Source of the DNA: a virus
Lineage: Duplodnaviria > Heunggongvirae > Uroviricota > Caudoviricetes
IMG/VR virus record: IMGVR_UViG_3300045988_149282
Coordinates: 32,001 to 96,000 of that record
Length of the DNA: 64,000 nucleotides
Reading direction: 5' to 3' (one strand)
In this document: piece after piece, positions 28,561 to 38,675 of the stretch
Layout: every line of letters begins with the position of its first letter
How positions within the stretch are numbered: the first letter of the stretch is position 1
Made by a program: the position numbers and the translations under genes
The notes under the pieces: generated by a model
The model's database searches: none
What the model saw: the letters and a program-made list of their open reading frames with translations, nothing else
Told to the model about the DNA's origin: nothing

Positions 28561-30669
28561 ATGTCTAAAAAACGTTCCATCAAAGAGGTTCAGGACTTCC
28601 GTGACAGTGTAAAACGAGTAGTCGCTCTCCTTTCAGGTAAAAACATCCCTGTTGCAGAACGAGGGGACGACGCTTATGTACGCTATAACGATGATGGAGA
28701 GCCAATTCTCGTAAACATCCCATCAATCCCGGATAACGCAACACCGGCATTGATGAATGCTGTGCGCGGATTTCTCGATCATGAGGTTGCTCACATTTTG
28801 TTTACCGATATTCGTGTGTCCAACAAAATGAGAGAAAAAGGACGCGTTCCTTCCTGGTCGCTATGGAATGCCTTAGAAGACGTGTTCATCGAGCGAAAAA
28901 TGGGTCAGGTCTTTAACGGAACAAGACGTAATCTGATGGCAACTCAGCGCCTTATAATCGAAAAAGTCTTTAAACCAAAGGCTTCAGAGGCTATTGCTTA
29001 TTGTGGCAAAGATCAGCGCGCGCTTTTTCTAAACTTCTTTCTCTGTCCGGTTGTAAGAGCCTGGGATGGCCAAGCACCGTTCGTAGATTTCATGGATGAA
29101 TACTGGCCTGTCATTGAGAAACCAATTTCATTATTAAAAGAACATGGTATCGATGTGGCCGTGCGTAACATGTCTTGCACCGAGGATTGTGTAAAGGTGG
29201 CTGCGACCATAGCTAAGATCCTCAAAGACACTGAAAGTGAAAGCAAAGGTAAGGAGTCAGCTCCGGGAAAAACTTCCGATCCTTCAGACGCTGACCAGAC
29301 GGATGCCTCTGGAGAAAACAATGAAGACAACGAAGATCATGAGACACCCTCATCGTTAGATAATCACAAATCTATCGAATCAGAATCACATAGTAAGCAC
29401 AAACATGATAATAACGACAGCGATGATTCAGATAATTCTGAATCATCAGAAACAATATTCGATGATACAGAAAATGATAAAGAGGTATCAGATTCTGATG
29501 CTTCTGATAACGCGGCGTCAGAATCATTAACCGCTGACCACGAAAAAAGAAAAACGACAGAAGACGGCTCTTCAGATATCCCAACTCCGTCAAAAATGAG
29601 TCTGGAAGAGGCTTTAGAGGAGCTGGATAGCATAGAAGATGAAGTCGGAGGCATGACAGAAGATGCTCTATCCGAAACGATTAAAAGCGAGTTAACAGAA
29701 AGCTCGAAAAGCGAATACAGGCCATACAATCGCTCATACGACTTCATCGGCTCGATTGATCAGGCAGAAGCCCATATCAAACGGCTTATTAAAACATTCT
29801 CCGATATTGATTTGGGAGGATATCCAATCAGCCGCTATCGCATCGTTCCTGAAGGCAACCAGCTCTTCGACAAATATATTGAAAAGCATCTTTCGTCAGG
29901 TGTTTCGTCGACGCTGGCAAAAGACCTGGAGCGAGCAATAGCAAGCAGAAACAGAGTTCAGTTTATACCGGGCCAGCGTCGGGGGCGCATTCATGGTTCT
30001 AGTATCTACAGATTAGCAATGAATGATGCTCGCGTGTTTCGTAAAAAAGAAGAATCTAAAGCCGTTAACGCCTGTGTTCAACAAGTGATTGATTTATCAG
30101 GTTCAATGAGTGGTATAACGATTAAACTGGCTCTTGCAAGTGCATATACCATCGCCGATGCCCTTGATCGAATAAATGTTCCCAACATTATCACCGGCTT
30201 CACTACATTTGGTAGTCATATGGCGGCAGGAGAACTTAAGGCTGTCAAGTATGAGTTCTCTCGCTTTGAATCTTTAATGCTACCTATCATCAAAAATTGG
30301 AATGAAAAGGTAAATTCTCGCGAAGTTCGCTCACGTATGGGGTGCGTAGGCTACACATTCCCACTTCTTAATAACGTGGATGGTGAAAGCATAGCCAGCC
30401 TTGCATCGTTATTTTCCGGTCGCTTGGAGGACAGGAAGATCATGCTTGTTCTGAGTGATGGCGCGCCGTGGGCTGTTGGGAGAGGTTTTGACGCTCATTT
30501 GCGTTCAGTTGCGAAGCAAATTGAAACGCAGACTGATATTGATTTGATGGCAATTGGCATCATGACTGACGCACCGGAGAGATTTTACTCAAATCATGCC
30601 CTGGTAACGAGCGTTGATAGTCTTGGTTCATCTGTAGTTACTGAACTATCTCGTATCATTTTAAAGTGA
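28561..30669 (+). CDS. CobT-like protein with C-terminal von Willebrand factor A domain and a long acidic low-complexity insert
   Basis: MIDAS-like DLSGSMSG motif near C-terminus; about 120 aa D/E/S-rich tract; AAA+ ATPase gene immediately downstream. Confidence 0.65.
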   Translation: MSKKRSIKEVQDFRDSVKRVVALLSGKNIPVAERGDDAYVRYNDDGEPILVNIPSIPDNATPALMNAVRGFLDHEVAHILFTDIRVSNKMREKGRVPSWSLWNALEDVFIERKMGQVFNGTRRNLMATQRLIIEKVFKPKASEAIAYCGKDQRALFLNFFLCPVVRAWDGQAPFVDFMDEYWPVIEKPISLLKEHGIDVAVRNMSCTEDCVKVAATIAKILKDTESESKGKESAPGKTSDPSDADQTDASGENNEDNEDHETPSSLDNHKSIESESHSKHKHDNNDSDDSDNSESSETIFDDTENDKEVSDSDASDNAASESLTADHEKRKTTEDGSSDIPTPSKMSLEEALEELDSIEDEVGGMTEDALSETIKSELTESSKSEYRPYNRSYDFIGSIDQAEAHIKRLIKTFSDIDLGGYPISRYRIVPEGNQLFDKYIEKHLSSGVSSTLAKDLERAIASRNRVQFIPGQRRGRIHGSSIYRLAMNDARVFRKKEESKAVNACVQQVIDLSGSMSGITIKLALASAYTIADALDRINVPNIITGFTTFGSHMAAGELKAVKYEFSRFESLMLPIIKNWNEKVNSREVRSRMGCVGYTFPLLNNVDGESIASLASLFSGRLEDRKIMLVLSDGAPWAVGRGFDAHLRSVAKQIETQTDIDLMAIGIMTDAPERFYSNHALVTSVDSLGSSVVTELSRIILK

Positions 30670-30764
30670 ACAAAACAGCCTTAATGATAAGTTACTACTT
30701 ACGATAGATGATGATATATTTATATAAGAAGTTGAACGCTCATTAGAGAACAAAGGAAAAACGC

Positions 30765-32000
30765 ATGACGACTACTGCACTGCAAAATGAAAAAAATCCT
30801 TCTGATTACCTTGTTTGCAAGTGGTGCGGCAAATCATTTCACTATTTTAAGTCCCATGTAGCCAATGGTAATTGCGAGGGCATTCCTGAGTCAGTAAAAG
30901 ATGCCGATCCTGACACCGTACTGAAAATGTACACAACGCAGTTTCCAGATGAACCAACGCTATCGAAAAAGGCACTTGATGCAATTCAAGCTAAACGTGC
31001 CGAGCAAAAAAGCGAAATGGCCAAATCTTCTGGCTTGACCAGTAGCCCTGGCTACACAGGCACAGTTGAGTACAAGATGGATCTGGTCGCAGCTCACGAA
31101 CTGCTAAACGTAACGGTGGAAGAACTCGGAACAAAACGTGGGACGCCGCTCATGGTTAGCGTCAACGTCAATACGCCGTATCCAGAGTTCGTTCCCGAAG
31201 TGAAGAAAGGCTACGTATATGGCGACTTCGAACTGATCAAAGATATTTTCATGATGCTTGAACTTGGCATACCTGGCTATTTGTGGGGTCATGCAGGAAC
31301 AGGCAAATCGTCATTGCCTACACAGCTATGTGCTTTGCTCAATCGTCCGTTGATCCGTGCCCAACATACAGCATCAATGGAAGAGGCACATGTTACGGGG
31401 CAAATTCTGGCGCGTGATGGCTCTACGTATTTCGAACCTGGCTTGCTTGCGCTCGCAATGAAGCATGGCTGGGTTTACCTCGCGGATGAATACGACTTTG
31501 CGTTTCCACAAATTCTTGGCGTGTATCAGCCAGTGCTGGAAGGTGAAGCGTTGGTCATCAAAGAGGCAACTCCAGAATGGCGTCGCATTACTCCGCATGA
31601 ACGGTTTGCTTTCATTGGCACTGGCAACACGAACGGATCTGGTGATGAAACCGGCTTGTACCAGGGTACAAACATCCAGAACGCCGCGAACTTTTCGCGT
31701 TTTGGCATCGTTTCGAATGTGAAATACATGAGCAAAGACGCAGAGATCAACATGTTGACAAATGCAGGCATCGTGGATGAATACGCTGAAAAGATGGTTA
31801 AGTTTGCCGGTATCGTTCGCGATGGATACGAAGAACACCTTATTAGTCAGCCAATTGGCCCTCGTGAACTTTTGTTGTCGGCCAAGATTGGAATGATGCG
31901 AGGCGACTTTGTGACAGGTATTGAGCGTTCTTTCATTAACAAACTCCCTTCAGCTTCTGCACAAGCGGCTCGTGAAGTTGTTCAAAAAATATTTGGTTAA
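30765..32000 (+). CDS. AAA+ ATPase, MoxR/CobS-like, with N-terminal Cys-rich region
   Basis: Walker A GHAGTGKSS, Walker B YLADEYDFA; N-terminal C-x2-C ... H ... C cluster. Confidence 0.75.
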   Translation: MTTTALQNEKNPSDYLVCKWCGKSFHYFKSHVANGNCEGIPESVKDADPDTVLKMYTTQFPDEPTLSKKALDAIQAKRAEQKSEMAKSSGLTSSPGYTGTVEYKMDLVAAHELLNVTVEELGTKRGTPLMVSVNVNTPYPEFVPEVKKGYVYGDFELIKDIFMMLELGIPGYLWGHAGTGKSSLPTQLCALLNRPLIRAQHTASMEEAHVTGQILARDGSTYFEPGLLALAMKHGWVYLADEYDFAFPQILGVYQPVLEGEALVIKEATPEWRRITPHERFAFIGTGNTNGSGDETGLYQGTNIQNAANFSRFGIVSNVKYMSKDAEINMLTNAGIVDEYAEKMVKFAGIVRDGYEEHLISQPIGPRELLLSAKIGMMRGDFVTGIERSFINKLPSASAQAAREVVQKIFG

Positions 32001-32002
32001 TC

Positions 32003-32206
32003 GTGCGTAAAGGATGTTTCGGCTCTCTTATCGCTGCTTCTGAAACTGGTAAGGCTTGTCTGGTGTGTCCAGACAAGCCCGATTGTCACCAATCAGCAAA
32101 AGAAGTTGCGATTTCGATGCATGGGAAGTTCGTAGGCTTCCCCAATGACAAAATCAAAAAAACCAGAAAGGTAAAAACACATGAAGGCACTGATGGTTCG
32201 AACTGA
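32003..32206 (+). CDS. Hypothetical small Cys-rich protein (67 aa)
   Basis: GTG start right after upstream stop; CLVCPDKPDCH cluster; overlaps the polymerase start; low support. Confidence 0.3.
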   Translation: MRKGCFGSLIAASETGKACLVCPDKPDCHQSAKEVAISMHGKFVGFPNDKIKKTRKVKTHEGTDGSN

Positions 32207-35200
32207 CTTCTCACTTGGGGAGTCGGCTTTAAAAGCAGAAAACGCGGTGAAGATTGCCAGAGAAGCTGGCTACACCGCTGTAATTTCAGCAGATAGCATG
32301 AATATTGCGAGCGTTATTCCACTACAACGTGCCGCTGGTGACGACATGGCGGTTATTTGTGGTGTGAAACTAAACATTGTTGATGATCCCACATACGAGC
32401 ACCGGGTTAAACTTGCTAAAGAATCTATGAGATGTATGGAATCATTAGAGCGGGGACGTAACTACTCGTTTACCGCTCTAATTAAAAATGAGCAAGGATA
32501 TCGCGACATCTGCGAACTAATGACGGTGGCCAACACACGAGAACAGTTCTACTTTGTACCGCGTCTCTCGCTCGAACAGTTGGTTTCTACATATGCCAAA
32601 GGCAACATCATCCTGCTCACTTCCGACATCGATAGCGTGTTCCAACGCAACGATTTTGCAAAAATCACAAGCTCACTGATTACAGCGGGCGGGAAAGACA
32701 ACTTCTATAGCGTGGTTTATCCGCACCCTACCCCATTCTACGACCAGATTAACGTCCGGGCGATGAAAGTCGCCAGCGCATTGAAAATAGAGCCAGTGGC
32801 GTTCTATCCCGCTTATTACGAATCGATCGACGATGCAGACATTAAAGACATTGCGCACATGGTTACGAACAACATAAAAATCGACCAGCCGCATCGTCTG
32901 CGTATCCCCCACCAGCGAGATAACGCCATCAATGGTCGTCGCCATCTCCTTGAGGCGCTTAAAGCCTTCTCCATTCGCATGGATGTGCCGGTAACAGCTG
33001 CAATGGCCTCAACAACGCAGGATACCATTATCGATGCCTGCACATGGCGCTGGCATGAATTGCCACCAGCACTGCCCAAGATGGCAGACGACGAACCTGC
33101 AACGCTGATGAAACTGGCTGTTGCAGGGCTGCGTAAACGTCTTACCACAAAAGAGTTTGGATACACACCACCTGCTTCTGAGAACAGGGTTTATGTTGAG
33201 CGGCTAAAGTACGAAATGGACACGCTGACTCGCCTGGGATTCTGTGGTTACTTCCTGATGGTGCGCGATCTGATGAATCATAGTCGTGAAACTGGCATTC
33301 CCGTTGGGCCTGGTCGTGGTTCCTCTGCCGGTTCTCTGGTGGCGTGGTGCATAGGCATAACCAACGTCGACCCAATCCGTCACGGTCTTCTGTTTGAGCG
33401 TTTCATCAACCCTGAGCGTCTCGACTTGCCGGATGCGGACTTGGACTTCAGCCAGGCACGTCGCCATGAGGTGATCGAGTATCTGAATGAACGCTACGGC
33501 GAAGATTACGTTGCAGGCATTCCGAACTTCACCTACCTGGGCGCAGCCTCTGCACTACGTGACACCGCTCGTATTTATGGTGTGGAGTCCGCAGATATGG
33601 CGGTATCAAAAGAACTGAAGAACGTCGAGGATGATAGCCTTCCATTGGAAGAGCTGCGCGAACAACTGGCAAGTCTCGACAAATACGCAACAAAATATCC
33701 TGATGCATTCAATGCAGCCTGCAAGTTACAAAGCCTTATGCGTGGCTTTGGTAGACATGCGGCAGGGATGATCGTAGCAGGTGTTCCTCTGACAGAACGT
33801 ACACCGGTTGAGCGCCGTGGTGACGCGCGTTGTATCGCATTTGACAAGCGTTACTGCGAGGCTATGGGCCTAATTAAGCTGGACGTACTTGGTCTGGCAA
33901 CTCTCGATTTGCTCGATAGTGCAAAACGCTACATAAAAGAGAACACAGGTGAAGATATCAATCTTGATGCCATTTCTCTTGAAGATCGCAAGGTGCTGGA
34001 TGGTTTTGCTGCTGGGTACACTCAAGGTGTTTTCCAGCTTGAATCAGGCCCAATGCGCAAGCTGCTTAAAGATTTAGGTGGTGGAATTGAGCCAATGAGC
34101 TTTAAAACGGTTGTTGCTACGACTGCGCTCTTCCGGCCGGGGCCAATTCAGTCAGGCATGTTGGATGACTATGTTTCTGTAGCCAAAGGCTTTATGACGC
34201 CGGAATCATTACACCCCGTTCTTGATGAACTTACCGCAGAAACAAATGGCGTGATTCTCTATCAGGAACAGACGATGAACGCGACTCGATTGCTTGCTGG
34301 CTTCACAATGGCTGAAGCTGACGGCGTTCGTAAAGCGATCGGCAAAAAAGACATGGAAAAAATGAAGAGCATGGGCGAGAAGTTCATCGTTCAGGCTCAA
34401 GCTGGCTGGATAGACGTTGAGCTGGAAGATGGCACTACACAGCGCATTCACCGTGCGGAACATTTTAAATGCGAAGACGGAACTCTGAAAACTGTCGAAG
34501 AGGCACTTGAGTACGGCGCAAAACTACCTATAAACGCAGTACGCGTTACAGCGTCACATCCAGGGCTATCAGAGATGAAAGCGAAGGAGATCTGGACCGC
34601 ATTCGAAAAGAATGGTGCCTACCAGTTCAACAAATCACACTCTGTTGCTTACTCCTTAATCAGTTATCAATCTATGTGGTTGAAAATTCATTATCCCGCG
34701 GAGTTCTTCGCTGCTGCTCTCACTATTCTTGGCGAAGATAAACACCAGGGGCTGGTTAAAGATGCGCTGACCTATGGTATTCGCGTATTGCCACCAGACG
34801 TTAACGTGTCATCTAACCGAATCGAGATCCGCACGCTTGAAGATGGCAGCCAGGTGCTGTATGCGCCCTTCTCTGCTGTGAAAGGGTGTTCTGAGAATGG
34901 CTGCCAAGCCATCATGAGAGCGCGAGAAAAAGTTGGCGGCAAATTCGAGTCACTGGCGCAATTCGAAGAAGCTGTCGAGAAACGTGCCTGTAATAGTCGA
35001 GTGCGCGAATCGCTGCAAAAAGTAGGGGCGTTTGCATCCATCGAGCCAGGCAGTCTGCCAGCAACTGATCCAGAGCGCCTACGCGACCAGGCTGAATTGA
35101 TGGGAAACCTTGTCATAGACGCAGTTAAAGCCTCACGTCCGTTTGAGATGAACCCCAAACGTTCGGCTGAAATTAACGTACTCATGACGCGGATGGCGGC

Positions 35201-35699
35201 TGAAATGGGCTTAGGTGATGAACTAATCCGCCCCAGCATTGGTATTAAGCCGAAAATCATGATCATTCTGGACAATGCGAACGGCAATGATGCTCGAACC
35301 GGTTACTTTATGGAGAACGGATACGACGACTTTAAGGCCAAGCTATTGACGGCTGGAGATTTACGCATGGGCGATCTCTATGTCACAGGTGTTTGCAAGA
35401 AGGTTAAAGACAAAGAAAAAGACTACACCAAAGACGAGATCGGCCAGTTCACCGACTTTATGCGTGAAGAGATCAATCTGGTGCGTCCGACCTATGTGCT
35501 GACGTGTGGCAGCCGGGCAACTTCATTGTTTAACAACAAAAACAAGCCATCCGATTTGGTCGGCAGGAAGGAGTATCTTCCAGACCTTGACGTTACTGTC
35601 TTTTACGGGTTTAACCCCAACATTCTTTACTTCAGACCTGAAGAGGGAGAACGACTAGAAGCGATATTAACCGACGTAGCAGAAACTATTAAGTCGTGA
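32181..35699 (+). CDS. dnaE: DNA polymerase III alpha subunit (DnaE family, PHP domain plus polymerase core)
   Basis: 1172 aa; core motif GPGRGSSAGSLVAWCIGITNVDP...FERFINPER..LPDADLDF; leader AAAGGTAAAAACAC-ATG. Confidence 0.85.
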   Translation: MKALMVRTDFSLGESALKAENAVKIAREAGYTAVISADSMNIASVIPLQRAAGDDMAVICGVKLNIVDDPTYEHRVKLAKESMRCMESLERGRNYSFTALIKNEQGYRDICELMTVANTREQFYFVPRLSLEQLVSTYAKGNIILLTSDIDSVFQRNDFAKITSSLITAGGKDNFYSVVYPHPTPFYDQINVRAMKVASALKIEPVAFYPAYYESIDDADIKDIAHMVTNNIKIDQPHRLRIPHQRDNAINGRRHLLEALKAFSIRMDVPVTAAMASTTQDTIIDACTWRWHELPPALPKMADDEPATLMKLAVAGLRKRLTTKEFGYTPPASENRVYVERLKYEMDTLTRLGFCGYFLMVRDLMNHSRETGIPVGPGRGSSAGSLVAWCIGITNVDPIRHGLLFERFINPERLDLPDADLDFSQARRHEVIEYLNERYGEDYVAGIPNFTYLGAASALRDTARIYGVESADMAVSKELKNVEDDSLPLEELREQLASLDKYATKYPDAFNAACKLQSLMRGFGRHAAGMIVAGVPLTERTPVERRGDARCIAFDKRYCEAMGLIKLDVLGLATLDLLDSAKRYIKENTGEDINLDAISLEDRKVLDGFAAGYTQGVFQLESGPMRKLLKDLGGGIEPMSFKTVVATTALFRPGPIQSGMLDDYVSVAKGFMTPESLHPVLDELTAETNGVILYQEQTMNATRLLAGFTMAEADGVRKAIGKKDMEKMKSMGEKFIVQAQAGWIDVELEDGTTQRIHRAEHFKCEDGTLKTVEEALEYGAKLPINAVRVTASHPGLSEMKAKEIWTAFEKNGAYQFNKSHSVAYSLISYQSMWLKIHYPAEFFAAALTILGEDKHQGLVKDALTYGIRVLPPDVNVSSNRIEIRTLEDGSQVLYAPFSAVKGCSENGCQAIMRAREKVGGKFESLAQFEEAVEKRACNSRVRESLQKVGAFASIEPGSLPATDPERLRDQAELMGNLVIDAVKASRPFEMNPKRSAEINVLMTRMAAEMGLGDELIRPSIGIKPKIMIILDNANGNDARTGYFMENGYDDFKAKLLTAGDLRMGDLYVTGVCKKVKDKEKDYTKDEIGQFTDFMREEINLVRPTYVLTCGSRATSLFNNKNKPSDLVGRKEYLPDLDVTVFYGFNPNILYFRPEEGERLEAILTDVAETIKS

Positions 35700-35705
35700 T
35701 CCAAT

Positions 35706-35735
35706 AAACATGGCCTCTATGGCCATGTTTTCTCT
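35706..35735 (+). terminator. Rho-independent terminator
   Basis: AACATGGCC-tctat-GGCCATGTT followed by a T-rich tract. Confidence 0.75.
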
Positions 35736-35824
35736 TATCCCCTCATATCCCCTATCCTCGAACTCCTTGCCTTATCATCACAATGATATAATCAATATAA
35801 GATGATAAGTCAAAAGGAAAGCAC

Positions 35825-36256
35825 ATGATCACCGATATTTACGAGAAAATAATGTCTGATCTCGAGTTTGACCGAGACAATCTGGAGGAAGTCTGGCGTA
35901 GACAACCCCGCCTTTTAATGGAGTATGGCTCAAAACTCGCTCATGCAGAAAGAAGTGTCGCAGAGGCAAAACTTAACCTTGAAGCTGTTGAAGCAAAGCT
36001 ATACGACACAGAGCGTAAGAACTTGAGTATGAACGGTATTAAGTTCAACGAGTCTGTACTGGACGCTAAGGTTAAAACAAACCCACAGTATCTGTCTAAA
36101 CGGCAGAAGTTGGATGAAGCACGGCACATCGCAGACATATACAAACATGCTGTCGCCGCCTTTTCGCATCGCCGAGACATGATCGTTCAGGCGTCAAAGA
36201 TGGCCATCGTTGAATTAGAGCGATTAGGCTCTGAACGCTTTATTACTCCCCGTTGA
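35825..36256 (+). CDS. Hypothetical coiled-coil protein (143 aa); possibly a recombination/replication mediator
   Basis: Conserved leader AAAGGAAAGCAC-ATG; sits between the polymerase and SSB genes; role is a guess from position. Confidence 0.55.
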   Translation: MITDIYEKIMSDLEFDRDNLEEVWRRQPRLLMEYGSKLAHAERSVAEAKLNLEAVEAKLYDTERKNLSMNGIKFNESVLDAKVKTNPQYLSKRQKLDEARHIADIYKHAVAAFSHRRDMIVQASKMAIVELERLGSERFITPR

Positions 36257-36261
36257 TTTTT

Positions 36262-36290
36262 GATAGATAATAAGTAAGTACTGATCTATC
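36262..36290. promoter_or_regulatory. GATAGATAATAAGTAAGTACTGATCTATC palindromic motif (class-2 family)
   Basis: Outer GATAGAT/ATCTATC arms around a TAAGTAAGTAC core. Confidence 0.4.
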
Positions 36291-36373
36291 ATTTAACAGC
36301 TCGAAAGAGCCACGAATGAACGAAAGCCCAACGCGCATAGCGCCATCGGCCAAATCACAACAAGGAGAAACAC

Positions 36374-37402
36374 ATGTCTAAGACATTACTTGATTTGCTT
36401 AACAAAACTCGTGAAGACATTGCCGCCAAACGTGGTAACAACGTTGATCTGACTCGCTTAAAAGACGGCGTCAACTATATCCGCATCTTCCCGAATAAAG
36501 ACGACCCAAACGGTAAGTTCTTCCAGACTTTCGGTATGCACTACGTTAAGTATCAGAACGAGGAAGGTAAAGAAGCAACCAACGCTTATATTTGTGAGCA
36601 ACATACTCACGGTCGCGCTTGTCAGCTATGCGAAATGGTGATGGAAGGTCGCGCTCGTCACAAGGGTAACAAAGCAATGGAAGAACGCATCGGTCAAATG
36701 CGTGCCACTCCTCGCTACCTGGTCAACGGCATTCTTTCTGCTCGTGAGGATTTCGCAGATGCTGAGAAATGCCAGTTAATCGAGCTGCCGTCTACTGTAT
36801 TCGATGATATCTGCAAAGCAATCACCGAAGACATCGCTGATGATATCGGCAATCCACTGAGCAAAGAGGAAGGCTACGCATTCCTGATTAAACGTACTGG
36901 CTCTGGTCGCGATACCAAATATGACGTCTCGCCTAAGCGTAAAGTCTACAAAGGCGATATCGAAGATAAATTCTGGAATACCCAGCATGATCTGATCGCA
37001 TACGCAAATCAGGCTGATGAAACTCGTCTTCTGTCGACAGTTCGCACTATGGGTCGTCTGATTGGCATCGCTGCACCAACTGCCGCAGCATCTGCACCAG
37101 CAATTTCCTCAACCGCGAAAACATCGGCTGCGGCACTACCTGGATTTGGCTCTGTCACTGGTCATACGGAGGGTGCGACTGCTGTAGCTACCGCTCATAC
37201 CCCAGCTTCTGAACCAACCAGTCTGGTTGATGAAGAAATCCTCCGTGCCGTTGAAACTGAATTTAAACCAGAAGCAAGTCCCGCTGCCGTTGCAGTATCA
37301 GTCAAAGAGTCTGAAGCAGTCGCAGCGACATCTGTAGCAGCCGCATCTGCGACGGAAGATGAAGGTCTGGATGACCTACTGAGAGAGCTGGACTCTCTGT
37401 AA
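36374..37402 (+). CDS. Single-stranded DNA-binding protein, gp32-like (zinc-binding, acidic C-terminal tail)
   Basis: C-x-H ... C-x2-C cluster (YICEQHTHGRACQLCE) and acidic C-terminus EDEGLDDLLRELDSL. Confidence 0.6.
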   Translation: MSKTLLDLLNKTREDIAAKRGNNVDLTRLKDGVNYIRIFPNKDDPNGKFFQTFGMHYVKYQNEEGKEATNAYICEQHTHGRACQLCEMVMEGRARHKGNKAMEERIGQMRATPRYLVNGILSAREDFADAEKCQLIELPSTVFDDICKAITEDIADDIGNPLSKEEGYAFLIKRTGSGRDTKYDVSPKRKVYKGDIEDKFWNTQHDLIAYANQADETRLLSTVRTMGRLIGIAAPTAAASAPAISSTAKTSAAALPGFGSVTGHTEGATAVATAHTPASEPTSLVDEEILRAVETEFKPEASPAAVAVSVKESEAVAATSVAAASATEDEGLDDLLRELDSL

Positions 37403-37420
37403 TCCCATTACGTGACCAGT

Positions 37421-37447
37421 AAGGCGTCTACGGACGCCTTACTTTTT
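37421..37447 (+). terminator. Rho-independent terminator
   Basis: AAGGCGTC-tacg-GACGCCTT followed by ACTTTTT; the stem sequence recurs at about 39754 and 40892. Confidence 0.8.
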
Positions 37448-37462
37448 GGAAGGAATGTACCG

Positions 37463-38407
37463 GTGAATTATCTCTTCGTAGATGGCAATAGCCTGGGTTA
37501 TTACCACCAACAATCTGACAAATTGCACAACGGCGAAATGGAAGTACAGGCTGCTTTCGGCTTTGTTAAGAACGTCCGTCGTTATGCCTCCATCCTCCAT
37601 GCCCGACCTATGATTCTTTGGGATGGATTTAGTGACAAGCGTCGCGACTTTTACCCGGACTACAAAGCAAATCGCGACGACGATCCTGATATGAAAAAGA
37701 TGAAGGAAGGCTTTGCTATCCAGAAGCCATACATCCTCAAAATGATGACCGCGCTTGGAGTTACCCAACTCATTGCAAAAGATGCAGAAGCGGATGATCT
37801 GGCCGGGCTGCTGGTAGCCAGCATTGCACCGCAGCCAATCGTTGAACACATCTATCTGTTAACAGGCGATAGCGACTGGCTTCAGTTAGTTCGCGAAAAC
37901 GTAAGCTGGGTAAGCCTGCGCGAAGACGCCAAAAACAAGCAGGTTAATTTTGAGCAATTTGCGGAGCTGACAGGATTCGCTACTCCTCGCGCATTTTTGG
38001 AAGCAAAAGCATTACAAGGCGATAAATCGGACAACATTAGCGGTGTTGGTGGCATTGGTGCTGGCGGTGCGAAAGAGCTGCTGCATGAATGGGGAAGTGT
38101 CGCAACGATGGTACGCGGCATCAACGACGGCTCAATCGTGGTTGACAAAGGACGCCATAAGACCGCCTTCAACAAACTAGCGAAGAATGCCTTCAACGAG
38201 AAAACAGGCTGTCGAATGCTCGAAGCGTTCAAGAGAAACATCACGCTAATGAACCTGATTGAGACGAAGTTTCCGCCTACCGAAATCGAAACAATCAAAG
38301 GCAATCGTGACGTGAAAGCATTCGAGCAACTGTGCTACGAGCTGAATTTCCGTTCGTTCCTTGAAGACCTTGAAGTGTTTGTTCTTCCATTCGAAAGGTA
38401 TTGCTAA
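37463..38407 (+). CDS. 5'-3' exonuclease/flap endonuclease (FEN family)
   Basis: GGAAGGA ribosome-binding site then GTG 37463; N-terminal YLFVDGNSLGYY and acidic metal-binding motifs (DGFSDKRRDFYPDYKANRD, LTGDSDWLQL). Confidence 0.75.
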   Translation: MNYLFVDGNSLGYYHQQSDKLHNGEMEVQAAFGFVKNVRRYASILHARPMILWDGFSDKRRDFYPDYKANRDDDPDMKKMKEGFAIQKPYILKMMTALGVTQLIAKDAEADDLAGLLVASIAPQPIVEHIYLLTGDSDWLQLVRENVSWVSLREDAKNKQVNFEQFAELTGFATPRAFLEAKALQGDKSDNISGVGGIGAGGAKELLHEWGSVATMVRGINDGSIVVDKGRHKTAFNKLAKNAFNEKTGCRMLEAFKRNITLMNLIETKFPPTEIETIKGNRDVKAFEQLCYELNFRSFLEDLEVFVLPFERYC

Positions 38408-38673
38408 TGCTTAAATCGATTATCAATGGCGCTACAACCACCCCTGCCCAACTGGCAAAAGAGATTGTCTTTTATCACGGTGAGTACGCTGTCATCGCAC
38501 TGCCGTCAATTCTAGGCGCTGCCGGAATGAAAGCGACAGATCGCGAGTTTGGATTAGTCAGCGAGCAGGTCGTAAAAATCCTCGCTCGTGTATCCAGACT
38601 CCTTAACCACGATGCGATTATATTCGACGAATCCGCCGCTTTAAAACGAATCAACGAAACAAAAGGAGCCTGA
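38407..38673 (+). CDS. Hypothetical small protein (88 aa)
   Basis: ATG 38407 overlapping the nuclease stop. Confidence 0.45.
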   Translation: MLKSIINGATTTPAQLAKEIVFYHGEYAVIALPSILGAAGMKATDREFGLVSEQVVKILARVSRLLNHDAIIFDESAALKRINETKGA

Positions 38674-38675
38674 TC

